From assembly GCF_009914755.1 (NCBI RefSeq), contig NC_060925.1: a stretch of 64,000 nucleotides of DNA, one strand, 5' to 3'. The translations under genes were made by a program, and so were the position numbers. Source of the stretch: the human T2T-CHM13v2.0 reference genome, Homo sapiens. Under the pieces are notes generated by a model that saw only the letters and a list, made by a program, of their open reading frames with translations, did not search any database and was not told where the DNA came from. This document shows, piece by piece, positions 11,200-24,459 of this stretch (positions within the stretch are counted from its first letter, which is position 1; each line of letters begins with the position of its first letter).

Positions 11200-14100
11200 T
11201 CAGTAACTTCCTTGTGTTGTGTTTATTCAACTCACAGAGTTGAATGATCCTTTACACAGAGCAGACTTGAAACACTCTTTTTGTGGAATTTGCAAGTGGA
11301 GATTTCAGCCGCTTTGAGGTCAATGGTAGAAAAGTAAATATCTTCGTATAAAGACTAGACAGAATGATTCTCAGAAACTCCTTTGTGATGTGTGCGTTCA
11401 ACTCACAGAGTTTAACCTTTCTGTTCATAGAGCAGTTAGGAAACACTCTGTTTGTAAAGTCTGCAAGTGGATATTCAGACCTCCTTGAGGCCTTCGTTGG
11501 AAACGGGATTTCTTCATATTCTGCTAGACAGAAGAATTCTCAGTAACTTCCTTGTGTTGTGTGTATTCAACTCACAGAGTTGAACGATCCTTTACACAGA
11601 GCAGACTTGAAACACTCTTTTTGTGGAATTTGCAAGTGGAGATTTCAGCCGCTTTGAGGTCAATGGTAGAAAAGGAAATATCTTCCTATAAAGACTAGAC
11701 AGAATGATTCTCAGAAACTCCTTTGTGATGTGTGCGTTCAACTCACAGAGTTTAACCTTTCTTTTCATAGAGCAGTTAGGAAACACTCTGTTTGTAAAGT
11801 CTGCAAGTGGATATTCAGACCTCTTTGAGGCCTTCGTTGGAAACGGGATTTCTTCCTATTCTGCTAGACAGAAGAATTCTCAGTAACTTCCTTGTGTTGT
11901 GTGTATTCAACTCACAGAGTTGAACGATCCTTTACACAGAGCAGACTTGAAACACTCTTTTTGTGGAATTTGCAAGTGGAGATTTCAGCCGCTTTGAGGT
12001 CAATAGTAGAAAAGGAAATATCTTCGTAGAAAAACTAGACAGAATGATTCTCAGAAACTCCTTTGTGATGTGTGTGTTCAACTCACAGAGTTTAACCTTT
12101 CTTTTCATAGAGCAGTTAGTAAACACTCTGTTTATAAAGTCTGCAAGTGGATATTCAGACCCCTTTGAGGCCTTCGTTGGAAACGGGATTTCTTCATATT
12201 ATGCTAGACAGAAGAATTCTCAGTAACTTCCTTGTGTTGTGTGTATTCAACTGACAGAGTTGAACTTTCATTTAGAGAGAGCAGATTTGAAACACTGTTT
12301 TTGTGGAATTTGCAAGTGGAGATTTCAAGCGCTTTGGGGCCAAAGGCAGAAAAGGAAATATCTTCGTATAAAAACTAGACAGAATCATTCTCAGAAACTG
12401 CTGCGTGATGTGTGCGTTCAACTCTCAGAGTTTAACTTTTCTTTTCATTCAGCGGTTTGGAAACACTATGTTTGTAAAGTCTGCACGTGGATATTTTGAC
12501 CACTTAGAGGCCTTCGTTGGAAACGGGTTTTTTTCATGTAAGGCTAGACAGAAGAATTCCCAGTAACTTCCTTGTGTTGTGTGCATTCAACTCACAGAGT
12601 TGAACGTTCCCTTAGACAGAGCAGATTTGAAACACTCTATTTGTGCAATTTGCAAGTGTAGATTTCAAGCGCTTTAAGGTCAACGGCAGAAAAGGAAATA
12701 TCTTCGTTTCAAAACTAGACAGAATCATTCCCACAAACTGCGTTGTGATGTGTTCGTTCAACTCACAGAGTTTAACCTTTCTGTTCATAGAGCAGTTAGG
12801 AAACACTCTGTTTGTAAAGTCTGTAAGTGGATATTCTGACATCTTGTGGCCTTCGTTGGAAACGGGATTTCTTCATATTCTGCTAGACAGAAGAATTCTC
12901 AGTAACTTCCTTGTGTTGTGTGTATTCAACTCACAGAGTTGAACGATCCTTTACACAGAGCAGACTTGAAACACTCTTTTTGTGGAATTTGCAAGTGGAG
13001 ATTTCAGCCGCTTTGAGGTCAATGGTAGAAAAGGAAACTATCTTCATATAAAGACTAGACAGAATGATTCTCAGAAAATCTTTTGTGATGTGTGCGTTCA
13101 ACTCACAGAGTTTAACTTTTCTTCTCATAGAGCAGTTAGGAAACACTCTGTTTGTAAAGTCTGCAAGTGGATATTCAGACCTCTTTGAGGCCTTCGTTGG
13201 AAACGGGATTTCTTCATATTATGCTAGACAGAATAATTCTCAGTAACTTCCTTGTGTTGTGTGTATTCAACTCACAGAGTTGAAGGATCCTTTACAGAGA
13301 GCAGGCTTGAAACACTCTTTTTGTCGAATTTGCAAGTGGAGATTTCAGCCGCTTTGAGGTCAATGGTAGAATAGGAAATATCTTCTTATAGAAACTAGAC
13401 AGAATGATTCTCATGAACTCCTTTGTGATGTGTGCGTTCAACTCACAGAGTTTAACCTTTCTTTTCATAGAGCAGTTAGGAAACACTCTGTTTGTAAAGT
13501 CTGCAAGTGGATATTCAGACCTCCTTGAGGCCTTCGTTGGAAACGGGATTTCTTCATATTCTGCTAGACAGAAGAATTCTCAGTAACTTCCTTGTGTTGT
13601 GTTTATTCAACTCACAGAGTTGAATGATCCTTTACACAGAGCAGACTTGAAACACTCTTTTTGTGGAATTTGCAAGTGGAGATTTCAGCCGCTTTGAGGT
13701 CAATGGTAGAAAAGTAAATATCTTCGTATAAAGACTAGACAGAATGATTCTCAGAAACTCCTTTGTGATGTGTGCGTTCAACTCACAGAGTTTAACCTTT
13801 CTGTTCATAGAGCAGTTAGGAAACACTCTGTTTGTAAAGTCTGCAAGTGGATATTCAGACCTCCTTGAGGCCTTCGTTGGAAACGGGATTTCTTCATCTT
13901 CTGCTAGACAGAAGAATTCTCAGTAACTTCCTTGTGTTGTGTGTATTCAACTCACAGAGTTGAACGATCCTTTACACAGAGCAGACTTGAAACACTCTTT
14001 TTGTGGAATTTGCAAGTGGAGATTTCAGCCGCTTTGAGGTCAATGGTAGAAAAGGAAACTATCTTCATATAAAGACTAGACTGAATGATTCTCAGAAAAT

Positions 14101-17100
14101 CTTTTGTGATGTGTGCGTTCAGCTCACAGAGTTTAACTTTTCTTCTCATAGAGCAGTTAGGAAACACTCTGTTTGTAAAGTCTGCAAGTGGATATTCAGA
14201 CCTCTTTGAGGCCTTCGTTGGAAACGGGATTTCTTCATATTATGCTAGACAGAATAATTCTCAGTAACTTCCTTGTGTTGTGTTTATTCAACTCACAGAG
14301 TTGAATGATCCTTTACACAGAGCAGACTTGAAACACTCTTTTTGTGGAATTTGCAAGTGGAGATTTCAGCCGCTTTGAGGTCAATGGTAGAAAAGTAAAT
14401 ATCTTCGTATAAAGACTAGACAGAATGATTCTCAGAAACTCCTTTGTGATGTGTGCGTTCAACTCACAGAGTTTAACCTTTCTGTTCATAGAGCAGTTAG
14501 GAAACACTCTGTTTGTAAAGTCTGCAAGTGGATATTCAGACCTCCTTGAGGCCTTCGTTGGAAACGGGATTTCTTCATATTCTGCTAGACAGAAGAATTC
14601 TCAGTAACTTCCTTGTGTTGTGTGTATTCAACTCACAGAGTTGAACGATCCTTTACACAGAGCAGACTTGAAACACTCTTTTTGTGGAATTTGCAAGTGG
14701 AGATTTCAGCCGCTTTGAGGTCAATGGTAGAAAAGGAAATATCTTCCTATAAAGACTAGACAGAATGATTCTCAGAAACTCCTTTGTGATGTGTGCGTTC
14801 AACTCACAGAGTTTAACCTTTCTTTTCATAGAGCAGTTAGGAAACACTCTGTTTGTAAAGTCTGCAAGTGGATATTCAGACCTCTTTGAGGCCTTCGTTG
14901 GAAACGGGATTTCTTCCTATTCTGCTAGACAGAAGAATTCTCAGTAACTTCCTTGTGTTGTGTGTATTCAACTCACAGAGTTGAACGATCCTTTACACAG
15001 AGCAGACTTGAAACACTCTTTTTGTGGAATTTGCAAGTGGAGATTTCAGCCGCTTTGAGGTCAATAGTAGAAAAGGAAATATCTTCGTAGAAAAACTAGA
15101 CAGAATGATTCTCAGAAACTCCTTTGTGATGTGTGTGTTCAACTCACAGAGTTTAACCTTTCTTTTCATAGAGCAGTTAGTAAACACTCTGTTTATAAAG
15201 TCTGCAAGTGGATATTCAGACCCCTTTGAGGCCTTTGTTGGAAACGGGATTTCTTCATATTATGCTAGACAGAAGAATTCTCAGTAACTTCCTTGTGTTG
15301 TGTGTATTCAACTGACAGAGTTGAACTTTCATTTAGAGAGAGCAGATTTGAAACACTGTTTTTGTGGAATTTGCAAGTGGAGATTTCAAGCGCTTTGGGG
15401 CCAAAGGCAGAAAAGGAAATATCTTCGTATAAAAACTAGACAGAATCATTCTCAGAAACTGCTGCGTGATGTGTGCGTTCAACTCTCAGAGTTTAACTTT
15501 TCTTTTCATTCAGCGGTTTGGAAACACTATGTTTGTAAAGTCTGCACGTGGATATTTTGACCACTTAGAGGCCTTCGTTGGAAACGGGTTTTTTTCATGT
15601 AAGGCTAGACAGAAGAATTCCCAGTAACTTCCTTGTGTTGTGTGCATTCAACTCACAGAGTTGAACGTTCCCTTAGACAGAGCAGATTTGAAACACTCTA
15701 TTTGTGCAATTTGCAAGTGTAGATTTCAAGCGCTTTAAGGTCAACGGCAGAAAAGGAAATATCTTCGTTTCAAAACTAGACAGAATCATTCCCACAAACT
15801 GCGTTGTGATGTGTTCGTTCAACTCACAGAGTTTAACCTTTCTGTTCATAGAGCAGTTAGGAAACACTCTGTTTGTAAAGTCTGTAAGTGGATATTCTGA
15901 CATCTTGTGGCCTTCGTTGGAAACGGGATTTCTTCATATTCTGCTAGACAGAAGAATTCTCAGTAACTTCCTTGTGTTGTGTGTATTCAACTCACAGAGT
16001 TGAACGATCCTTTACACAGAGCAGACTTGAAACACTCTTTTTGTGGAATTTGCAAGTGGAGATTTCAGCCGCTTTGAGGTCAATGGTAGAAAAGGAAACT
16101 ATCTTCATATAAAGACTAGACAGAATGATTCTCAGAAAATCTTTTGTGATGTGTGCGTTCAACTCACAGAGTTTAACTTTTCTTCTCATAGAGCAGTTAG
16201 GAAACACTCTGTTTGTAAAGTCTGCAAGTGGATATTCAGACCTCTTTGAGGCCTTCGTTGGAAACGGGATTTCTTCATATTATGCTAGACAGAATAATTC
16301 TCAGTAACTTCCTTGTGTTGTGTGTATTCAACTCACAGAGTTGAAGGATCCTTTACAGAGAGCAGGCTTGAAACACTCTTTTTGTCGAATTTGCAAGTGG
16401 AGATTTCAGCCGCTTTGAGGTCAATGGTAGAATAGGAAATATCTTCTTATAGAAACTAGACAGAATGATTCTCATGAACTCCTTTGTGATGTGTGCGTTC
16501 AACTCACAGAGTTTAACCTTTCTTTTCATAGAGCAGTTAGGAAACACTCTGTTTGTAAAGTCTGCAAGTGGATATTCAGACCTCCTTGAGGCCTTCGTTG
16601 GAAACGGGATTTCTTCATATTCTGCTAGACAGAAGAATTCTCAGTAACTTCCTTGTGTTGTGTTTATTCAACTCACAGAGTTGAATGATCCTTTACACAG
16701 AGCAGACTTGAAACACTCTTTTTGTGGAATTTGCAAGTGGAGATTTCAGCCGCTTTGAGGTCAATGGTAGAAAAGTAAATATCTTCGTATAAAGACTAGA
16801 CAGAATGATTCTCAGAAACTCCTTTGTGATGTGTGCGTTCAACTCACAGAGTTTAACCTTTCTGTTCATAGAGCAGTTAGGAAACACTCTGTTTGTAAAG
16901 TCTGCAAGTGGATATTCAGACCTCCTTGAGGCCTTCGTTGGAAACGGGATTTCTTCATCTTCTGCTAGACAGAAGAATTCTCAGTAACTTCCTTGTGTTG
17001 TGTGTATTCAACTCACAGAGTTGAACGATACTTTACACAGAGCAGACTTGAAACACTCTTTTTGTGGAATTTGCAAGTGGAGATTTCAGCCGCTTTGAGG

Positions 17101-17321
17101 TCAATGGTAGAAAAGGAAACTATCTTCATATAAAGACTAGACTGAATGATTCTCAGAAAATCTTTTGTGATGTGTGCGTTCAGCTCACAGAGTTTAACTT
17201 TTCTTCTGATAGAGCAGTTAGGAAACACTCTGTTTGTAAAGTCTGCAAGTGGATATTCAGACCTCTTTGAGGCCTTCGTTGGAAACGGGATTTCTTCATA
17301 TTATGCTAGACAGAAGAATTC
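11200..17321 (+). repeat. Tandem duplication, 2 x 3061 bp (C-G-D-E-F-A-B-C-A)
   Basis: Rare markers recur at +3061: G dimer cttcctataaag, E cactatg, C cttcatct, A cagctcac. ORF pairs 11592/14653, 12239/15300, 13952/17013. Confidence 0.88.
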
Positions 17322-20300
17322 TCAGTAACTTCCTTGTGTTGTGTGTATTCAACTGACAGAGTTGAACTTTCATTTGGAGAGAGCAGATTTGAAACACTGT
17401 TTTTGTGGAATTTGCAAGTGGAGATTTCAAGCGCTTTGGGGCCAAAGGCAGAAAAGGTAATATCTTCGTATAAAAACTAGACAGAATCATTCTCAGAAAC
17501 TGCTGCGTGATGTGTGCGTTCAACTCTCAGAGTTTAACTTTTCTTTTCATTCAGCGGTTTGGAAACACTCTGTTTGTAAAGTCTGCACGTGGATATTTTG
17601 AACACTTAGAGGCCTTCGTTGGAAACGGGTTTTTTTCATGTAAGGCTAGACAGAAGAATTCCCAGTAACTTCCTTGTGTTGTGTGCATTCAACTCACAGA
17701 GTTGAACGTTCCCTTAGACAGAGCAGATTTGAAACACTCTATTTGTGCAATTTGCAAGTGTAGATTTCAAGCGCTTTAAGGTCAACGGCAGAAAAGGAAA
17801 TATCTTCGTTTCAAAACTAGACAGAATCATTCCCACAAACTGCGTTGTGATGTGTTCGTTCAACTCACAGAGTTTAACCTTTCTGTTCATAGAGCAGTTA
17901 GGAAACACTCTGTTTGTAAAGTCTGTAAGTGGATATTCTGACATCTTGTGGCCTTCGTTGGAAACGGGATTTCTTCATATTCTGCTAGACAGAAGAATTC
18001 TCAGTAACTTCCTTGTGTTGTGTGTATTCAACTCACAGAGTTGAAGGATCCTTTACAGAGAGCAGGCTTGAAACACTCTTTTTGTCGAATTTGCAAGTGG
18101 AGATTTCAGCCGCTTTGAGGTCAATGGTAGAATAGGAAATATCTTCTTATAGAAACTAGACAAAATGATTCTCATGAACTCCTTTGTGATGTGTGCGTTC
18201 AACTCACAGAGTTTAACCTTTCTTTTCATAGAGCAGTTAGGAAACACTCTGTTTGTAAAGTCTGCAAGTGGATATTCAGACCTCCTTGAGGCCTTCGTTG
18301 GAAACGGGATTTCTTCATATTCTGCTAGACAGAAGAATTCTCAGTAACTTCCTTGTGTTGTGTTTATTCAACTCACAGAGTTGAATGATCCTTTACACAG
18401 AGCAGACTTGAAACACTCTTTTTGTGGAATTTGCAAGTGGAGATTTCAGCCGCTTTGAGGTCAATGGTAGAAAAGTAAATATCTTCGTATAAAGACTAGA
18501 CAGAATGATTCTCAGAAACTCCTTTGTGATGTGTGCGTTCAACTCACAGAGTTTAACCTTTCTGTTCATAGAGCAGTTAGGAAACACTCTGTTTGTAAAG
18601 TCTGCAAGTGGATATTCAGACCTCCTTGAGGCCTTCGTTGGAAACGGGATTTCTTCATATTCTGCTAGACAGAAGAATTCTCAGTAACTTCCTTGTGTTG
18701 TGTGTATTCAACTCACAGAGTTGAACGATACTTTACACAGAGCAGACTTGAAACACTCTTTTTGTGGAATTTGCAAGTGGAGATTTCAGCCGCTTTGAGG
18801 TCAATGGTAGAAAAGGAAATATCTTCGTATAAAGACTAGACAGAATGATTCTCAGAAACTCCTTTGTGATGTGTGCGTTCAACTCACAGAGTTTAACTTT
18901 TCTTTTCAAAGAGCAGTTAGGAAACACTCTGTTTGTAAAGTCTGCAAGTGGATATTCAGACCTCTTTGAGGCCTTCGTTGGAAACGGGATTTCTTCATAT
19001 TATGCTAGACAGAAGAATTCTCAGTAACTTCCTTGTGTTGTGTGTATTCAACTCACAGAGTTGAACGATCCTTTACACAGAGCAGACTTGAAACACTCTT
19101 TTTGTGGAATTTGCAAGTGGAGATTTCAGCCGCTTTGAGGTCAATAGTAGAAAAGGAAATATCTTCGTAGAAAAACTAGACAGAATTATTCTCAGAAACT
19201 CCTTTGTGATGTGTGTGTTCAACTCACAGAGTTTAACCTTTCTTTTCATAGAGCAGTTAGTAAACACTCTGTTTATAAAGTCTGCAAGTGGATATTCAGA
19301 CCCCTTTGAGGCCTTCGTTGGAAACGGGATTTCTTCATATTCTGCTAGACAGAAGAATTCTCAGTAACTTCCTTGTGTTGTGTGTATTCAACTGACAGAG
19401 TTGAACTTTCATTTAGAGAGAGCAGATTTGAAACACTGTTTTTGTGGAATTTGCAAGTGGAGATTTCAAGCGCTTTGGGGCCAAAGGCAGAAAAGGAAAT
19501 ATCTTCGTATAAAAACTAGACAGAATCATTCTCAGAAACTGCTGCGTGATGTGTGCGTTCAACTCTCAGAGTTTAACTTTTCTTTTCATTCAGCGGTTTG
19601 GAAACACTCTGTTTGTAAAGTCTGCACGTGGATATTTTGACCACTTAGAGGCCTTCGTTGGAAACGGGTTTTTTTCATGTAAGGCTAGACAGAAGAATTC
19701 CCAGTAACTTCCTTGTGTTGTGTGCATTCAACTCACAGAGTTGAACGTTCCCTTAGACAGAGCAGATTTGAAACACTCTATTTGTGCAATTTGCAAGTGT
19801 AGATTTCAAGCGCTTTAAGGTCAACGGCAGAAAAGGAAATATCTTCGTTTCAAAACTAGACAGAATCATTCCCACAAACTGCGTTGTGATGTGTTCGTTC
19901 AACTCACAGAGTTTAACCTTTCTTTTCATAGAGAAGTTAGGAAACACTCTGTTTGTAAAGTCTGCAAGTGGATATTCAGACTTCCTTGAGGCCTTCGTTG
20001 GAAACGGGATTTCTTCATATTCTGCTAGACAGAAGAATTCTCAGTAACTTCCTTGTGTTCTGTTTATTCAACTCACAGAGTTGAATGATCCTTTACACAG
20101 AGCAGACTTGAAACACTCTTTTTGTGGAATTTGCAAGTGGAGATTTCAGCCGCTTTGGGGTCAATGGTAGAAAAGTAAATATCTTCGTATAAAGACTAGA
20201 CAGAATGATTCTCAGAAACTCCTTTGTGATGTGTGCGTTCAACTCACAGAGTTTAACCTTTCTGTTCATAGAGCAGTTAGGAAACACTCTGTTTGTAATG

Positions 20301-23300
20301 TCTGCAAGTGGATATTCAGACCTCCTTGAGGCCTTCGTTGGAAACGGGATTTCTTCATATTCTGCTAGACAGAAGAATTCTCAGTAACTTCCTTGTGTTG
20401 TGTGTATTCAACTCACAGAGTTGAACGATCCTTTACACAGAGCAGACTTGAAACACTCTTTTTGTGGAATTTGCAAGTGGAGATTTCAGCCGCTTTGAGG
20501 TCAATGGTAGAAAAGGAAACTATCTTCATATAAAGACTAGACTGAATGATTCTCAGAAAATCTTTTGTGATGTGTGCGTTCAACTCACAGAGTTTAACTT
20601 TTCTTCTCATAGAGCAGTTAGGAAACACTCTGTTTGTAATGTCTGCAAGTGGATATTCAGACCTCCTTGAGGCCTTCGTTGGAAACGGGATTTCTTCATA
20701 TTATGCTAGACAGAATAATTCTCAGTAACTTCCTTGTGTTGTGTGTATTCAACTGACAGAGTTGAAGGATCCTTTACAGAGAGCAGGCTTGAAACACTCT
20801 TTTTGTCGAATTTGCAAGTGGAGATTTCAGCCGCTTTGAGGTCAATGGTAGAATAGGAAATATCTTCTTATAGAAACTAGACAAAATGATTCTCATGAAC
20901 TCCTTTGTGATGTGTGCGTTCAACTCACAGAGTTTAACCTTTCTTTTCATAGAGCAGTTAGGAAACACTCTGTTTGTAAAGTCTGCAAGTGGATATTCAG
21001 ACCTCCTTGAGGCCTTCGTTGGAAACGGGATTTCTTCATATTCTGCTAGACAGAAGAATTCTCAGTAACTTCCTTGTGTTGTGTTTATTCAACTCACAGA
21101 GTTGAATGATCCTTTACACAGAGCAGACTTGAAACACTCTTTTTGTGGAATTTGCAAGTGGAGATTTCAGCCGCTTTGAGGTCAATGGTAGAAAAGTAAA
21201 TATCTTCGTATAAAGACTAGACAGAATGATTCTCAGAAACTCCTTTGTGATGTGTGCGTTCAACTCACAGAGTTTAACCTTTCTGTTCATAGAGCAGTTA
21301 GGAAACACTCTGTTTGTAAAGTCTGCAAGTGGATATTCAGACCTCCTTGAGGCCTTCGTTGGAAACGGGATTTCTTCATATTCTGCTAGACAGAAGAATT
21401 CTCAGTAACTTCCTTGTGTTGTGTGTATTCAACTCACAGAGTTGAACGATCCTTTACACAGAGCAGACTTGAAACACTCTTTTTGTGGAATTTGCAAGTG
21501 GAGATTTCAGCCGCTTTGAGGTCAATAGTAGAAAAGGAAATATCTTCGTAGAAAAACTAGACAGAATGATTCTCAGAAACTCCTTTGTGATGTGTGTGTT
21601 CAACTCACAGAGTTTAACCTTTCTTTTCATAGAGCAGTTAGTAAACACTCTGTTTATAAAGTCTGCAAGTGGATATTCAGACCCCTTTGAGGCCTTCGTT
21701 GGAAACGGGATTTCTTCATATTCTGCTAGACAGAAGAATTCTCAGTAACTTCCTTGTGTTGTGTGTATTCAACTGACAGAGTTGAACTTTCATTTGGAGA
21801 GAGCAGATTTGAAACACTGTTTTTGTGGAATTTGCAAGTGGAGATTTCAAGCGCTTTGGGGCCAAAGGCAGAAAAGGAAATATCTTCGTATAAAAACTAG
21901 ACAGAATCATTCTCAGAAACTGCTGCGTGATGTGTGCGTTCAACTCTCAGAGTTTAACTTTTCTTTTCATTCAGCGGTTTGGAAACACTCTGTTTGTAAA
22001 GTCTGCACGTGGATATTTTGACCACTTAGAGGCCTTCGTTGGAAACGGGTTTTTTTCATGTAAGGCTAGACAGAAGAATTCCCAGTAACTTCCTTGTGTT
22101 GTGTGCATTCAACTCACAGAGTTGAACGTTCCCTTAGACAGAGCAGATTTGAAACACTCTATTTGTGCAATTTGCAAGTGTAGATTTCAAGCGCTTTAAG
22201 GTCAACGGCAGAAAAGGAAATATCTTCGTTTCAAAACTAGACAGAATCATTCCCACAAACTGCGTTGTGATGTGTTCGTTCAACTCACAGAGTTTAACCT
22301 TTCTGTTCATAGAGCAGTTAGGAAACACTCTGTTTGTAAAGTCTGTAAGTGGATATTCTGACATCTTGTGGCCTTCGTTGGAAACGGGATTTCTTCATAT
22401 TCTGCTAGACAGAAGAATTCTCAGTAACTTCCTTGTGTTGTGTGTATTCAACTCACAGAGTTGAACGATCCTTTACACAGAGCAGACTTGAAACACTCTT
22501 TTTGTGGAATTTGCAAGTGGAGATTTCAGCCGCTTTGAGGTCAATGGTAGAAAAGGAAACTATCTTCATATAAAGACTAGACAGAATGATTCTCAGAAAA
22601 TCTTTTGTGATGTGTGCGTTCAACTCACAGAGTTTAACTTTTCTTCTCATAGAGCAGTTAGGAAACACTCTGTTTGTAAAGTCTGCAAGTGGATATTCAG
22701 ACCTCTTTGAGGCCTTCGTTGGAAACGGGATTTCTTCATATTCTGCTAGACAGAAGAATTCTCAGTAACTTCCTTGTGTTGTGTGTATTCAACTCACAGA
22801 GTTGAAGGATCCTTTACAGAGAGCAGGCTTGAAACACTCTTTTTGTCGAATTTGCAAGTGGAGATTTCAGCCGCTTTGAGGTCAATGGTAGAATAGGAAA
22901 TATCTTCTTATAGAAACTAGACAAAATGATTCTCATGAACTCCTTTGTGATGTGTGCGTTCAACTCACAGAGTTTAACCTTTCTTTTCATAGAGCAGTTA
23001 GGAAACACTCTGTTTGTAAAGTCTGCAAGTGGATATTCAGACCTCCTTGAGGCCTTCGTTGGAAACGGGATTTCTTCATATTCTGCTAGACAGAAGAATT
23101 CTCAGTAACTTCCTTGTGTTGTGTTTATTCAACTCACAGAGTTGAATGATCCTTTACACAGAGCAGACTTGAAACACTCTTTTTGTGGAATTTGCAAGTG
23201 GAGATTTCAGCCGCTTTGAGGTCAATGGTAGAAAAGTAAATATCTTCGTATAAAGACTAGACAGAATGATTCTCAGAAACTCCTTTGTGATGTGTGCGTT

Positions 23301-24459
23301 CAACTCACAGAGTTTAACCTTTCTGTTCATAGAGCAGTTAGGAAACACTCTGTTTGTAAAGTCTGCAAGTGGATATTCAGACCTCCTTGAGGCCTTCGTT
23401 GGAAACGGGATTTCTTGCTATTCTGCTAGACAGAAGAATTCTCAGTAACTTCCTTGTGTTGTGTGTATTCAACTCACAGAGTTGAACGATCCTTTACACA
23501 GAGCAGACTTGAAACACTCTTTTTGTGGAATTTGCAAGTGGAGATTTCAGCCGCTTTGAGGTCAATAGTAGAAAAGGAAATATCTTCGTAGAAAAACTAG
23601 ACAGAATGATTCTCAGAAACTCCTTTGTGATGTGTGTGTTCAACTCACAGAGTTTAACCTTTCTTTTCATAGAGCAGTTAGTAAACACTCTGTTTATAAA
23701 GTCTGCAAGTGGATATTCAGACCCCTTTGAGGCCTTCGTTGGAAACGGGATTTCTTCATATTCTGCTAGACAGAAGAATTCTCAGTAACTTCCTTGTGTT
23801 GTGTGTATTCAACTGACAGAGTTGAACTTTCATTGGAGAGAGCAGATTTGAAACACTGTTTTTGTGGAATTTGCAAGTGGAGATTTCAAGCGCTCTGGGG
23901 CCAAAGGCAGAAAAGGAAATATCTTCGTATAAAAACTAGACAGAATCATTCTCAGAAACTGCTGCGTGATGTGTGCGTTCAACTCTCAGAGTTTAACTTT
24001 TCTTTTCATTCAGCGGTTTGGAAACACTCTGTTTGTAAAGTCTGCACGTGGATATTTTGACCACTTAGAGGCCTTCGTTGGAAACGGGTTTTTTTCATGT
24101 AAGGCTAGACAGAAGAATTCCCAGTAACTTCCTTGTGTTGTGTGCATTCAACTCACAGAGTTGAACGTTCCCTTAGACAGAGCAGATTTGAAACACTCTA
24201 TTTGTGCAATTTGCAAGTGTAGATTTCAAGCGCTTTAAGGTCAACGGCAGAAAAGGAAATATCTTCGTTTCAAAACTAGACAGAATCATTCCCACAAACT
24301 GCGTTGTGATGTGTTCGTTCAACTCACAGAGTTTAACCTTTCTGTTCATAGAGCAGTTAGGAAACACTCTGTTTGTAAAGTCTGTAAGTGGATATTCTGA
24401 CATCTTGTGGCCTTCGTTGGAAACGGGATTTCTTCATATTCTGCTAGACAGAAGAATTC

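Noticed and set aside
23821-23840. 1-bp deletion (cattggag versus catttggag)
   Set aside because: A lone homopolymer-length change that could be a sequencing or consensus error; not informative without reads.
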